Source: an uncultured Bacteroides sp.
Lineage (GTDB): Bacteria > Bacteroidota > Bacteroidia > Bacteroidales > Bacteroidaceae
Reading direction: 5' to 3'
Assembly: GCA_900552645.1 (NCBI GenBank)
Contig: USAN01000004.1
Coordinates: 353 to 64,352, forward strand
Length of the DNA: 64,000 nt
Of this stretch, positions 18,631 to 29,650 are shown one piece after another. The position numbers and the translations under genes are program-made. The first letter of the stretch is position 1. Each line of letters starts with the position of its first letter. Under the pieces are notes generated by a model. The model searched no databases, was not told the origin of the DNA, and was given only the letters and a program-made list of their open reading frames with translations.

Positions 18631-21333
18631 ATGAACAAAAGAGTAAACTGCTATATTCCTTATATTAAAGATCACACTATAAGCTTAGTTAAAGATTTAC
18701 AAAAGAGTCCATTAACAAATAAAGTAATTATTCTATTTAAGACTTTAGGAGAAGACCAGCCAGATGAGATTAAAGAATTAAAAAAATATTGCCATGTTAT
18801 GACGGTCGATTCTCTTATTTCACATGATACATATAAAAGAATACTAAATCATTCATCACGTGATTATATATTAATACAGACAAAAGAAACTCCAATAAAA
18901 ATAGAATATAATACAATTAAGCAGATGTATCAATATTGTGTTGGGTCTGATTCGGGAATGGTTTATTCGGATTATTATAAAATAAGTGATAACAAGAAAG
19001 AAAAGAATCCTGTAATAGATTATCAACTTGGGAGTTTTCGGGACGATTTTGACTTCGGACCTCTTGTTATGATTAACCGCGCATTTTATAAAAAATCACT
19101 AAATAAAACTTTAAGATTAGGGACCACGACAAACAAATACTCTGGATTCTATGAATTGAGACTATTTTTAAGTCTTAATTACGACTTATTTCATATCAAA
19201 GAATACTTATATTCTGAAATAGAAAATGACAATAGACTTTCTAATGAAAAACAGTTTGACTATGTTAATCCTTCAAACATAGAAGTACAGAAGGAAAGAG
19301 AAGTAATCTTTAATCAATTTTTATATAATACATTTGGTAAATTATATAATAATTATCCCGAATTAGAATTTAATGATAATTCTTTCCCAACCAAGGCTTC
19401 TATTATAATACCGGTAAAAAATAGAGTAAAAACTATAAAGGATGCTATTAAGTCGGCATTGAATCAGGAAACCAACTTTCCCTTCAATATAATTGTAATT
19501 GACAATCATTCTACTGATGGTACAACAGAAGCTATCAAAGAATTTAATGATGAAAGAATTATTCACATAATACCTGAATCAGATTCTCTTGAAATTGGAG
19601 GCTGCTGGGAATTGGCTGTAAATGATAAACGATGCGGTATTTTTTCGGTACAGTTAGATAGTGACGATATCTATAGTTCAAACAATACGCTTCAAAAGAT
19701 TATAGATAAGTTTGAAGAAGAAAAATGCGGAATGGTAATTGGAACCTATTCAATAACCGACTTCAATCTAAATCCACTACCACCGGGAATAATAGATCAT
19801 AAAGAATGGACCGAAGAGAACGGAATGAATAATGCATTACGCATAAATGGTCTTGGGGCTCCTCGTGCATTCTACACCCCTATTCTTAGAACTATTGGAA
19901 TTCCTAATGTAAGTTATGGTGAAGATTATGCATTGGGATTAAAAATATCACGCTTCTACAAAATCGCACGTATTTATGATGTACTTTATTTATGTCGTAG
20001 ATGGGAAGGTAATTCGGATGCTGCTTTATCAGTAGAAAAACTGAATATAAACAATATATATAAGGACTCTCTTAGAACTCTAGAAATAAGAGAGAGAATA
20101 AAACGAAATCTAAAATCAGAGTATAGTTCGCGTCATTCATTAAATACCTACTCTATAAATTATAGTGAAGATGGAATTTATGAAGATAATGAAGATTATA
20201 TATATTATAAAGATGATGATGATGATTATGAATATTATGATGAAGAAGAAGATGATGATGATGATGATGATTATGAATATTATGATGAAGAAGATGATGA
20301 TGAACCTAATCCTTTTGATAGCATTCCATCTTTATTAAAAGCTCAGATAAAGAATTGGGATCTCGCAAAAGAGAATTATTCGCTTTTAAAAGAAATAAGA
20401 TCAAAAAAAGCGAGGATGACAAGTTACTATAATTTTAGAATTCAGTACAACCCAAAAAGAATTACATCTAATTTAGCTAAGGTTGATAAACAATCTATAG
20501 AAGAAAGAAAATGTTTTTTATGTAATGCAAATCGTCCTTCACAGCAAGATAAAATTGAGATTGAACTAAATAGAGAATATGATATTTGCGTGAATCCATA
20601 TCCTATTCTTAATGACCACCTTACTCTAATATCAAAAGAACACATACCTCAAGAAATAGATTTTACAGTTATTAAAGATATGAGAACATTCGCATTATAC
20701 ATGAATGATTATGTAATCTTCTTTAATGGAGCGCAATGTGGTGCATCTGCACCCGACCATCTACACTATCAAGCTGTAAAGAAAAAAGATGTACCTTTAT
20801 ATGATTATATTAATAAGTATAATCATATATTCGATGAAGATGAGTTAGATTATTTATATGAGGAGGAAAATGAAAATGAGAAAGAAATTAAAATAGGAAG
20901 CAATAAATACACAACAAGATATTCAGTCTCGTTAGACTGTACTATTCAATTTATAAAAAAATATCCAACTACAGCATTTTATATAAAGGACGACAGCTCT
21001 CTTTTAGGACCTGAATACATTATTCATGTAATCAATACTTTAGAGAAGGAAGGAATAGATAGAAATATGTATAACATATTAGCTTGGTATGAACATTTAA
21101 TGGATGAGTATGTGACCATTATAATTCCTCGTAGTAAACATCGTCCTGATTGCTATTATGCAGAAGGAGAAGATAAGATTATGGTAAGTCCAGGTGCTTT
21201 AGATATGGCGGGAATAATAGTTACTACTTCTGAAAATGATTATAAAAAGATGGATCATAAAAAAATAAAATCAATAATTCAAGAAGTAGGAATTGATATC
21301 AATATAGGTAAACAATTATTTAAATCAATATAA
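18631..21333 (+). CDS. Fusion: glycosyltransferase family 2 + acidic linker + DUF4922 (HxHxQ nucleotidyltransferase/phosphorylase-like)
   Basis: [29 protein letters not shown]; then [37 protein letters not shown]. Alternative start at 18601. Confidence 0.85.
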   Translation: MNKRVNCYIPYIKDHTISLVKDLQKSPLTNKVIILFKTLGEDQPDEIKELKKYCHVMTVDSLISHDTYKRILNHSSRDYILIQTKETPIKIEYNTIKQMYQYCVGSDSGMVYSDYYKISDNKKEKNPVIDYQLGSFRDDFDFGPLVMINRAFYKKSLNKTLRLGTTTNKYSGFYELRLFLSLNYDLFHIKEYLYSEIENDNRLSNEKQFDYVNPSNIEVQKEREVIFNQFLYNTFGKLYNNYPELEFNDNSFPTKASIIIPVKNRVKTIKDAIKSALNQETNFPFNIIVIDNHSTDGTTEAIKEFNDERIIHIIPESDSLEIGGCWELAVNDKRCGIFSVQLDSDDIYSSNNTLQKIIDKFEEEKCGMVIGTYSITDFNLNPLPPGIIDHKEWTEENGMNNALRINGLGAPRAFYTPILRTIGIPNVSYGEDYALGLKISRFYKIARIYDVLYLCRRWEGNSDAALSVEKLNINNIYKDSLRTLEIRERIKRNLKSEYSSRHSLNTYSINYSEDGIYEDNEDYIYYKDDDDDYEYYDEEEDDDDDDDYEYYDEEDDDEPNPFDSIPSLLKAQIKNWDLAKENYSLLKEIRSKKARMTSYYNFRIQYNPKRITSNLAKVDKQSIEERKCFLCNANRPSQQDKIEIELNREYDICVNPYPILNDHLTLISKEHIPQEIDFTVIKDMRTFALYMNDYVIFFNGAQCGASAPDHLHYQAVKKKDVPLYDYINKYNHIFDEDELDYLYEEENENEKEIKIGSNKYTTRYSVSLDCTIQFIKKYPTTAFYIKDDSSLLGPEYIIHVINTLEKEGIDRNMYNILAWYEHLMDEYVTIIIPRSKHRPDCYYAEGEDKIMVSPGALDMAGIIVTTSENDYKKMDHKKIKSIIQEVGIDINIGKQLFKSI
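20212..20294 (+). repeat. 38-bp direct repeat (period 45) with GAT triplet runs, encoding the Asp/Glu/Tyr linker
   Basis: GATGATGATGATGATTATGAATATTATGATGAAGAAGA at 20212 and 20257. Confidence 0.9.
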
Positions 21334-21347
21334 GTAAATACAAGAAG

Positions 21348-22664
21348 ATGAAAGAACCAGAAATAAGCGTTGGAATTGTAAATGCAGAAGAAATTCATTT
21401 TTCATTAAATGGATGCTTTTTTGCAAAAGGGGAGATAGTAAGTGGAGACCAACTAGTTTTATTCAGTGAAGGAGGAATTCTATGGAACAATAATCTATAC
21501 AAGGAACTTACTTTCACACCTCATGAAGAGAATTCTTTCTTCTCTTTATCAGATGTAACTATAGGAATTAACTTTCATTGGGAACGCCAGGAAACGCAAA
21601 GTTTCAAGGGTACATTAAAATTGGTGGTTGATGAAGGAAAGATAAACGCCATCAACATTCTGCCAGCAGAAGATTATCTTATAAGCGTAATTTCCTCCGA
21701 AATGAATGCCACATCTTCAATTGAGTTCTTGAAGGCGCATGCCGTAATATCAAGAAGTTGGTTATTTGCACAGATAGAAAAAAGAAAAGCTTTACGTGAC
21801 AAGAATGAGGGTTTCTTCTCTTTCATAAAGACAGATACTGAATATATAAGATGGTACGACCGCGAAGATCACACAATTTTTGATGTTTGTGCAGACGATC
21901 ATTGTCAGCGTTACCAGGGAATTACAAAGTCTTCTAATGCAGCCGTAACAGAGGCCGTAAAAGAGACTCGCGGACAAATTTTAATGCATGGGAAGGGTAT
22001 TTGTGATGCTCGTTTCTCGAAATGTTGCGGAGGTGTAAGCGAAGAATTTGAATATTGCTGGGAAAATAAAAGCTATCCTTATCTTACAACGGTAAGAGAT
22101 TGTGACAAAGAAGAGAATCTTCCACTACCTAACCTTACTAAAGAAGAGGAAGCAGAAAAATGGATAAGATCTTATCCATCGGCATTCTGCAATACACACG
22201 ATAAGAATGTTATTTCGCAAATACTGAATAATTACGATCAGGAAACTACAGATTTCTATAGATGGAAAGTAAAATATACTCAGGAAGAGATAGCAAATCT
22301 TATAAGAAATAATTCAAAGTGCGATTATGGCAAGATAATTGACCTTATTCCAATAGAACGAGGAAAGTCGGGTAGAATATGTAAGCTTAAAATAGTTGGT
22401 ACACTGAAAACCATGACTATTGGTAAAGAACTTGAAATAAGAAGAACTTTATCCACATCTCACCTTTTCAGTTCGGCTTTCGTAGTAGACAAAGGAGAAA
22501 TTGTAGATGATGCACCAGAATGGTTTATCCTAACCGGAGCCGGCTGGGGACACGGAGTAGGATTATGTCAGATAGGAGCAGCTGTAATGGGAGAAAAAGG
22601 TTATACTTACGATGAGATTCTTCTTCACTACTATAAAGGAGCAGATATAAGGAAATTCTATTAA
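21348..22664 (+). CDS. SpoIID/LytB domain protein (lytic transglycosylase-like), no signal peptide
   Basis: EDYLISVISSEM..LKAHAVISRS, FDVCADDHCQRYQG, GWGHGVGLCQIGA. Confidence 0.9.
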   Translation: MKEPEISVGIVNAEEIHFSLNGCFFAKGEIVSGDQLVLFSEGGILWNNNLYKELTFTPHEENSFFSLSDVTIGINFHWERQETQSFKGTLKLVVDEGKINAINILPAEDYLISVISSEMNATSSIEFLKAHAVISRSWLFAQIEKRKALRDKNEGFFSFIKTDTEYIRWYDREDHTIFDVCADDHCQRYQGITKSSNAAVTEAVKETRGQILMHGKGICDARFSKCCGGVSEEFEYCWENKSYPYLTTVRDCDKEENLPLPNLTKEEEAEKWIRSYPSAFCNTHDKNVISQILNNYDQETTDFYRWKVKYTQEEIANLIRNNSKCDYGKIIDLIPIERGKSGRICKLKIVGTLKTMTIGKELEIRRTLSTSHLFSSAFVVDKGEIVDDAPEWFILTGAGWGHGVGLCQIGAAVMGEKGYTYDEILLHYYKGADIRKFY

Positions 22665-22681
22665 AGAAACTTTATTCTATT

Positions 22682-23971
22682 ATGAAAAAAACATCACCAT
22701 GGGCATGGATACCATCATTATACTTTGCAGAAGGCTTGCCATATGTAGCTGTAATGATAATATCCATGGCTATGTACAAAAAACTTGGAATATCAAATAC
22801 CGACAGTGCGCTTTACACTAGCTGGCTTTATTTGCCATGGGTTATCAAACCTCTATGGAGTCCTTTCGTTGACATAATAAAGACTAAAAGATGGTGGATT
22901 GTATGCATGCAGCTACTTATTGGGGCTGGGTTTGCGGGAATAGCATATACTATTCCTACAAGTCATTTCTTTCAAACATCACTAGCTTTTTTCTGGCTTA
23001 TGGCTTTTAGTTCGGCCACTCACGATATAGCTGCCGATGGCTTTTATATGTTGGGACTAACAGAGCATCAGCAAGCGGCATTTGTTGGAATAAGAAGTAC
23101 CTTCTACCGAATATCAATGATAGCAGGCCAAGGTCTTCTTATAATGCTGGCAGGATATATAGAAATACGGACAGACAGCATACCTTACTCATGGTCTATA
23201 ACTTTTTTTGTATTGGCCGGTATATACATATCTCTATGTTTATATCATAAAATTATATTGCCTAGTCCTAAGAGTGACACTCGCAATTCTAATATAAAAA
23301 CTCGGTATGTATTAAAGGAATTCATTGAAACATTTGTTACATTTTTCAAGAAAGATGGAATTGCCATTGCTCTACTTTTTATGCTCTTATATCGTCTGCC
23401 CGAAGCCCAATTGGCAAAAATGTCCATTCCATTTCTAATTGATCCTATTAACAAAGGAGGATTAGGACTTACTACTGCCGAGCTTGGGGTAGTACAAGGT
23501 ACCTTTGGTATTATTGGTCTGACTATAGGCGGAATATTAGGTGGACTTGCTGTAGCAAGAGATGGATTAAAAAGGTGGCTATGGCCAATGGTATGGAGTA
23601 TTTCTCTACCCGATTTGGTATATGTATATCTTAGTTTTTGTCAGCCCGACAATATAATAATAGTAAACGCATGCATTTTCATAGAGCAGTTTGGATACGG
23701 TTTCGGTTTTACTGCATATATGCTATATCTCATATACTTTTCGCAAGGAAAGTTTCAGACGGCTCATTATGCCATGTGTACAGCATTCATGGCTCTTGGT
23801 ATGATGATTCCTGGAATGATGGCCGGGTGGATAGGTGACCTGATAGGTTATAAATACTTCTTTTTGTGGATTATGGTTTGCTGTTTAGTTACTTTTTTTG
23901 TGACTTCTTTAATTAAAATAGATTCAGATTTTGGAAAAAAGATTAAACAAAAACAAAATAGTGAAGAATAG
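22682..23971 (+). CDS. ampG: AmpG-like MFS muropeptide transporter
   Basis: YFAEGLPY, LPWVIKPLWSPFVD, SATHDIAADGFY. Confidence 0.8.
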   Translation: MKKTSPWAWIPSLYFAEGLPYVAVMIISMAMYKKLGISNTDSALYTSWLYLPWVIKPLWSPFVDIIKTKRWWIVCMQLLIGAGFAGIAYTIPTSHFFQTSLAFFWLMAFSSATHDIAADGFYMLGLTEHQQAAFVGIRSTFYRISMIAGQGLLIMLAGYIEIRTDSIPYSWSITFFVLAGIYISLCLYHKIILPSPKSDTRNSNIKTRYVLKEFIETFVTFFKKDGIAIALLFMLLYRLPEAQLAKMSIPFLIDPINKGGLGLTTAELGVVQGTFGIIGLTIGGILGGLAVARDGLKRWLWPMVWSISLPDLVYVYLSFCQPDNIIIVNACIFIEQFGYGFGFTAYMLYLIYFSQGKFQTAHYAMCTAFMALGMMIPGMMAGWIGDLIGYKYFFLWIMVCCLVTFFVTSLIKIDSDFGKKIKQKQNSEE

Positions 23972-24009
23972 TGTTTAATATTACATAAATAACCTAAAAC
24001 AAAGAAGTC

Positions 24010-24564
24010 ATGAAAAAAATCATTCTTTTATGTATCATGAGTTTAGTATGCTCGATAGGCATACAGGCACAGACTGATAAAAAAGAGCTTACTAAGAAAG
24101 AAAAGAAGGAAGCTCAGGCAGCATTGGACATGAGTTTATATAATGAGGCTAAATCAGCAATGGAGAATAAATCTTTCGTACTTGAAGCAGATAGAGTGAT
24201 TTTCAAACGAGGAGTTACAGCATACGTAACATCAAGTACTAATTTTGTTGCGGTAGAAGGAGACAGAGCAACTGTTCAGGTGGCATTCAACATTCCGGCA
24301 AGTGGTCCTAACGGCATTGGAGGAATTACCGTAGAAGGTACTCCTTCAAGTTACAAGATAAAGGAAGATAAGAAGGGTAATGTTACACTTACTATGAGTG
24401 TTAGTGGTGTAGGTATTTCGGCACAGGTAACTATCCGACTCACTGAAGGAAATAATAATGCTACCGTCGATATTTATCCAAACTTCAATTCAAATAGAAT
24501 GACTTTAACAGGCAGTCTTATTCCGTTCGAAAATTCAAGAATATTTAAAGGAAGATCTCTATAG
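24010..24564 (+). CDS. DUF4251-family exported protein
   Basis: Signal peptide; FVLEADRV, TNFVAV, GPNGIGGITVEG. Confidence 0.75.
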   Translation: MKKIILLCIMSLVCSIGIQAQTDKKELTKKEKKEAQAALDMSLYNEAKSAMENKSFVLEADRVIFKRGVTAYVTSSTNFVAVEGDRATVQVAFNIPASGPNGIGGITVEGTPSSYKIKEDKKGNVTLTMSVSGVGISAQVTIRLTEGNNNATVDIYPNFNSNRMTLTGSLIPFENSRIFKGRSL

Positions 24565-24660
24565 AGATTTTATATACTTGTTTATAGAAAACAATATGTC
24601 AATAGTTAATTTATAAAAGACTTTATTTCAAGACTAAATACTGATATTACATTTTAAGAT

Positions 24661-24708
24661 AAAAGCCATATCATTACTCAATACAGAGAATATGATATGG
24701 CTTTTTTT
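24661..24708. terminator. Bidirectional terminator-like hairpin
   Basis: AAAAGCCATATCAT...ATGATATGGCTTTT between convergent genes. Confidence 0.75.
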
Positions 24709-24725
24709 ATGTTTACTGCTATATC

Positions 24726-26918
24726 TTATTGGGCTGTAAGTTTCAATACTCTACTTGCATACTCTTTTTCGAGTAGCAGTTCTATTCCATTTTCCATCAA
24801 TATGGATCCTTTCATAATCTTCCCATTGGCAACAATTGGTTTGCCTTCTATGTTTAGTTCTGTTATTCTGTACAACCTGTCGGGATCAAGCCCAGCCATC
24901 TTGAAAAGTGGAATTGACTGATTATGGAAATGTTGCAACTTATAAGCAAAAAATACTGCCTCACTCTTGTCATCATTAGTATACATTAATGAAGACACTC
25001 CCTTATTTTCATATGGAGAAATAAGTCTGTAAAGTTCTCCTTGTTGCACGATAGGACGTATACTTTTATAATTTTCAATGGCTTGTTTTGAGAACTGTCT
25101 CTCATCCTCTGTCATATTCTTTGGCTGAATTTCCATTCCAAGTCGGCCGGTCATTGCAACATCAAAACGGAACTTTATAGGAATTATTCTGCCAGTCTGA
25201 TGATTAGGTGCCGCACTTACATGAGACGCCATCGCATTTGAAGGAAAAAAATAGGATGTACCCCACTGCATATAAATTCTTTGCAGCGCATCGGTATCAT
25301 CACTTACCCAAAACTCTTCAAAATAAGGTAATAGACCGTAGGATGCCCTACCTCCTCCGCTAGCACAAGCCTGCATTACTAGATTTGGATATTTTACACG
25401 TATTCTTTCTAGAACATTCCTAAGTCCGCGATGATAATCAATATAAAGATGAGATTGCTTGTCGGAAGTAAGATAAGAAGATCCATAATTACATATATTC
25501 ATATTTGCATCCCATTTAATGTATGCAATATCTGGATTTTCTTTCATTATATCATCTACTACACCAAAAATAAAGTCCTGTACCTTAGGATTTGATACAT
25601 CTAGTACAAGCTGTGTACCTCCTCTTCCAGGACGTGGCATACGATTAGACTGGCATATAATCCAATCGGGATGCTTTTCATAAAGTTCGCTCACGCTGTT
25701 TGTCATTTCAGGCTCTATCCATATACCAAATTTAATTCCATTCTTCCGGGCAGCCGTTACAAGTCCCGGAATTCCGTTAGGCAATTTATTCTTGTCAACC
25801 TTCCAGTCGCCCAGCGAACTATTATCGGTCTTGCGAGGATATTTCTCGCCAAACCATCCATCATCCATTACAAATAACTCACCACCCATAGAGGCTATAT
25901 CCTTCATCATTTGGTCCATTCCACTCTCATTTATGTCAAAATAGACCCCTTCCCAACTGTTAAGCAATATATCACGCATTTTCTTACCATTATGTAGTTT
26001 TCCATCTACACGCGCCCAATGATGAAAATTTCTACTAACCCCACTCAACCCTTCATTACTATATGTAAATGCAAGTTCTGGAGTAGTAAAGGTTTGCTTT
26101 GGCATAAGTTTATACTCAGAATTTTCTTCATTTATACCTGCAAAAAACTGATGATCACGATTATTTATGCTATTATCGGTATCTATACGAAGTTTATAGT
26201 TGCCACTCCAGCATAGAGCTGCTCCAATAACGCGCCCCGAATTTTCCTCAGGTTTTCCGTCCAATGAAAACATTATCTCTCCATGATCTGTTGTAGAATT
26301 CCTCACTCCATCGCGGTTCTTTATCACCTTCATACCTGGCAATATCTGTTCCTGAGTAAGGCGCCCTTCATCGGCCCATGCGCCGTGCAGATGAGACATC
26401 CATACATCTCCCCTTCTTATAGGAAGATATCCAGAAGCAAACTGTTTTAAAACGACTGTTTTCTTCTCATTGTTAGTAATTTGCGTCCATGTTTCTATTA
26501 TGTCCGAGTTATTGTATGCCTTATAAAATACCTTTACATAGAAAGGGTATATTTTGTCTTTCATAGTAACCTCTGTAACAGTGGCATTACCTGTTAAAGA
26601 TTGTGATACATCTATAACTTCCATGTCGAGCGACAAATTCCCATCCGAATGCGTTACTGCCAAGGCCGACTCATTTTGACACTCTATTCCAAATACAGGA
26701 TAAGCCGGGCGGTTAAGAGCAAGTCCTCCATCAAAAATCTGACTAATCTCATTTTTCTCTATCTTGCTGCCATAATACTCAATCTTCAATTCTCCTCCGT
26801 TAGGAGCATTGAGTAACAAAGATGTATTAGGAGTAGATATAAGCAAATCGCTGTCCCATGCAAATAAAGAGATGCATACAGACATCATTATGCCGCACAA
26901 GAATACTTTTTTCTTCAT
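24726..26918 (-). CDS. Alpha-galactosidase (GH36)
   Basis: LLNSWEGVYF, FVMDDGWFG, FGIWIEPEM, YIKWDAN, CASGGGR, WVSDDTD. Confidence 0.93.
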   Translation of the reverse strand: MKKKVFLCGIMMSVCISLFAWDSDLLISTPNTSLLLNAPNGGELKIEYYGSKIEKNEISQIFDGGLALNRPAYPVFGIECQNESALAVTHSDGNLSLDMEVIDVSQSLTGNATVTEVTMKDKIYPFYVKVFYKAYNNSDIIETWTQITNNEKKTVVLKQFASGYLPIRRGDVWMSHLHGAWADEGRLTQEQILPGMKVIKNRDGVRNSTTDHGEIMFSLDGKPEENSGRVIGAALCWSGNYKLRIDTDNSINNRDHQFFAGINEENSEYKLMPKQTFTTPELAFTYSNEGLSGVSRNFHHWARVDGKLHNGKKMRDILLNSWEGVYFDINESGMDQMMKDIASMGGELFVMDDGWFGEKYPRKTDNSSLGDWKVDKNKLPNGIPGLVTAARKNGIKFGIWIEPEMTNSVSELYEKHPDWIICQSNRMPRPGRGGTQLVLDVSNPKVQDFIFGVVDDIMKENPDIAYIKWDANMNICNYGSSYLTSDKQSHLYIDYHRGLRNVLERIRVKYPNLVMQACASGGGRASYGLLPYFEEFWVSDDTDALQRIYMQWGTSYFFPSNAMASHVSAAPNHQTGRIIPIKFRFDVAMTGRLGMEIQPKNMTEDERQFSKQAIENYKSIRPIVQQGELYRLISPYENKGVSSLMYTNDDKSEAVFFAYKLQHFHNQSIPLFKMAGLDPDRLYRITELNIEGKPIVANGKIMKGSILMENGIELLLEKEYASRVLKLTAQ

Positions 26919-27128
26919 ATTATTAGACTTTTATTAAATAAGTAACACGACAAATTTATATAAATATGATAATGAGCCAAAGAAAATACTCATTTTAGCA
27001 AACTATTGGATAAAATAATATGAATTGAAATAATTTATTCCTCGCAAAAGCATAATCTTTTCTTTTTTAGACATCTTAGATTCTAAAATTATCTATTTTT
27101 GTGAAATTAACAGTGTAAATTATTTATT

Positions 27129-27974
27129 ATGATAATTATAGCCGACAGCGGATCAACAAAGACCGACTGGTGGATTGGTAGTTCAACAACCAACTACAAG
27201 AGTGTACAGACTGTAGGAATAAATCCTTTTTATCAAGATGAAAAAGAGATTGCAGAAACATTAAACTTGCTATCCCTCAATGATAATGAAATAAAAAGTA
27301 TCACACATATATATTTTTATGGTGCAGGTTGTACAAATGAAAAAGGTATAATTGTAAAAAAAACTTTGGAAGAGGCATTTCCCGAATGCACTAACATTAA
27401 TGTAGAGAGCGATCTGATGGCAGCCGCACATGCTTTATGCGGTAAGAATCATGGCATAGCAGCCATACTAGGCACAGGATCAAATTCATGTCAGTACGAC
27501 GGAATTAATATTATACATAACGTATCTCCGTTGGGCTTTATATTGGGAGATGAAGGTAGCGGAGCTACATTAGGAAAACTTTTCGTTGCGGACGGCCTTA
27601 AGAATATACTTTCGAATAATTTGTTCAATGAATTTCTTAATGAATATAAGTTATCGGCACCTCAAATAATGGACAAAATATATCGTCGTCCATTTCCCAA
27701 CAGATTTCTGGCTTCATTTACCCCCTATATGTACAAGCATCGTAATGATCCTCATATACATCAGCTGCTTGTAAATAGCTTCAGGAGTTTCTTTGAACGT
27801 AACATAAAGCAATACGACTATAAAAGTTATAAGACAGACTTTATTGGCTCCATAGCATATTTTTTTATGGAAGAAATAACAGAAGCCGCCCATAAGGAAG
27901 GAGTAGAAGTAGGCATATTCCTTAAATCACCATTGAAAGAATTAGTAAAGTACCATCTTAATTCACTGTCATGA
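27129..27974 (+). CDS. BadF/BadG-type sugar kinase (MurNAc/GlcNAc kinase, MurK-like)
   Basis: ADSGSTKTDW, ILGTGSNS, LGDEGSG; overlaps murQ by 4 bp. Confidence 0.82.
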   Translation: MIIIADSGSTKTDWWIGSSTTNYKSVQTVGINPFYQDEKEIAETLNLLSLNDNEIKSITHIYFYGAGCTNEKGIIVKKTLEEAFPECTNINVESDLMAAAHALCGKNHGIAAILGTGSNSCQYDGINIIHNVSPLGFILGDEGSGATLGKLFVADGLKNILSNNLFNEFLNEYKLSAPQIMDKIYRRPFPNRFLASFTPYMYKHRNDPHIHQLLVNSFRSFFERNIKQYDYKSYKTDFIGSIAYFFMEEITEAAHKEGVEVGIFLKSPLKELVKYHLNSLS

Positions 27975-28783
27975 AATTCAGAAAGATTACAGAAGAAGAC
28001 TCTATATACGACAATATTGAGAACATGCCGGTTACAGAAATCCTTGAAGATATAAACCGAGAAGACATGCGCGTGGCTGAAGCAGTACATATGTGCATTC
28101 CAACTATCAACAAGCTGGTTGAGGAGATAATAAAAAGAATGAAAAAAGGCGGTAGAGTTTTCTATATTGGTGCCGGTACAAGCGGCCGACTTGGAGTATT
28201 GGATTCATCAGAAATTCCACCTACTTTCGGAATGAAAGATAATCCATTCATAGGAATAATAGCCGGAGGCGACACAGCTCTGCGCAATGCAGTCGAGAAA
28301 GCAGAAGACAACATACTGCAAGGATGGTTAGACCTAAAGGAACATGGTATAAATAAGGAGGATACTGTGATTGGAATTGCAGCATCGGGCATCACACCAT
28401 ACGTTATAGAGGCAATGAAAGTAGCAGCCGAAAACGGAATACTTACTGCATCAATATCAAGCAATCCGGGAGCGCCTCTATCAAAAGTGTCGCAAATTGC
28501 AATAGAAGTTGTAGTAGGACCAGAATTCATAACCGGAAGTTCAAGAATGAAAAGTGGTACCGCACAGAAGATGATACTGAACATGATAAGTACAGCCGTA
28601 ATGATAAAGATGGGACGAATAAAAGGAAACAAAATGGTAAATATGCAGCTTACAAATAATAAATTAATAGAGCGCGGAACAAAAATCATTATGAACGAGT
28701 TATCAATAAATAAAGAAGAGGCAGAAAAATTATTACTGAAATATAAATCGGTAAAAAACGCACTTGAAAACTATAAAAAATAA
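27971..28783 (+). CDS. murQ: N-acetylmuramic acid 6-phosphate etherase
   Basis: GAGTSGRLGVLDSSEIPPTFG, VEKAED, GPEFITGSSRMKSGTAQK, NKMV. Confidence 0.93.
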   Translation: MKFRKITEEDSIYDNIENMPVTEILEDINREDMRVAEAVHMCIPTINKLVEEIIKRMKKGGRVFYIGAGTSGRLGVLDSSEIPPTFGMKDNPFIGIIAGGDTALRNAVEKAEDNILQGWLDLKEHGINKEDTVIGIAASGITPYVIEAMKVAAENGILTASISSNPGAPLSKVSQIAIEVVVGPEFITGSSRMKSGTAQKMILNMISTAVMIKMGRIKGNKMVNMQLTNNKLIERGTKIIMNELSINKEEAEKLLLKYKSVKNALENYKK

Positions 28784-28806
28784 ACTATAACTAAAATTAA
28801 AGCAAA

Positions 28807-29508
28807 ATGAAAAATTGGAAAATTGAAGCATTAATTATTGCAATAGGAATGATAGTACTTGGTTTCTTCATAAAATCGGGACTTGACAACGTATCTAGCA
28901 ACGATCGTATAGTAAACGTAAAGGGACTTGCCGAAAAGGAAGTACCGGCAAATAAAGTGATATGGCCATTAGTATACAAGAATTTAGGGAATGATTTGCT
29001 TGCACTTTATGATAAGATGAACTCGTCGAACACAGCAATAATAAACTTTCTTAAAAGTAAAGGAATAACAGAAAATGAAATTACTATAAATGCCCCTGAA
29101 ATTATAGATATGCAGGCCGAAAGATATAATAATACCCCTTCTCCGTTTAGATACAATGTTACTACAGTTATTACTGTAACATCCGAAAAGGTACCACTTA
29201 TAAGAAAACTTATAAGCGAACAGAGCGAACTGCTTAAGCAGGGAATTGCAATAACCGGAGGCGATTATAGATATAATGTAGTATATGAATATACCGCCCT
29301 TAATTCCATTAAACCGGAAATGATAGAAGAAGCTACCAAGAATGCACGCGAGGCAGCAAAGAAATTTGCAAAGGACTCGGACAGCGAACTAGGCAAAATA
29401 AAATCTGCTTATCAAGGACAGTTCACAATAGAAGATCGCGATGCAAATACACCTTTCATAAAGAAAATTCGTGTGGTAACAACTATAGAATACTCACTAA
29501 AAGATTGA
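28807..29508 (+). CDS. SIMPL (DUF541) domain protein
   Basis: VKGLAEKEV.A, KPEMIEEATKNAREAA..FAKDS...LGKIK.A.QGQF, KKIRVV. Confidence 0.85.
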   Translation: MKNWKIEALIIAIGMIVLGFFIKSGLDNVSSNDRIVNVKGLAEKEVPANKVIWPLVYKNLGNDLLALYDKMNSSNTAIINFLKSKGITENEITINAPEIIDMQAERYNNTPSPFRYNVTTVITVTSEKVPLIRKLISEQSELLKQGIAITGGDYRYNVVYEYTALNSIKPEMIEEATKNAREAAKKFAKDSDSELGKIKSAYQGQFTIEDRDANTPFIKKIRVVTTIEYSLKD

Positions 29509-29557
29509 TTTATTTTTAGAAAAGTGTTGTTATTTGTTGATTTTGAGCACAAAGATA

Positions 29558-29587
29558 TTTGTGTTTCAGTATTTTATTGTATATTTG
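29558..29587 (+). promoter_or_regulatory. rpsA promoter (-33 TTTG / -7 TATATTTG)
   Basis: TTTG at 29558 and TATATTTG at 29580. Confidence 0.6.
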
Positions 29588-29650
29588 CGCCCGAAATTAT
29601 ATAATCAATATAATGTCTAACGTAATTAACTAAGTATTAACAATTTATTA

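Noticed and set aside
28162..28689. 175-aa minus-strand ORF
   Set aside because: Antisense shadow of murQ.
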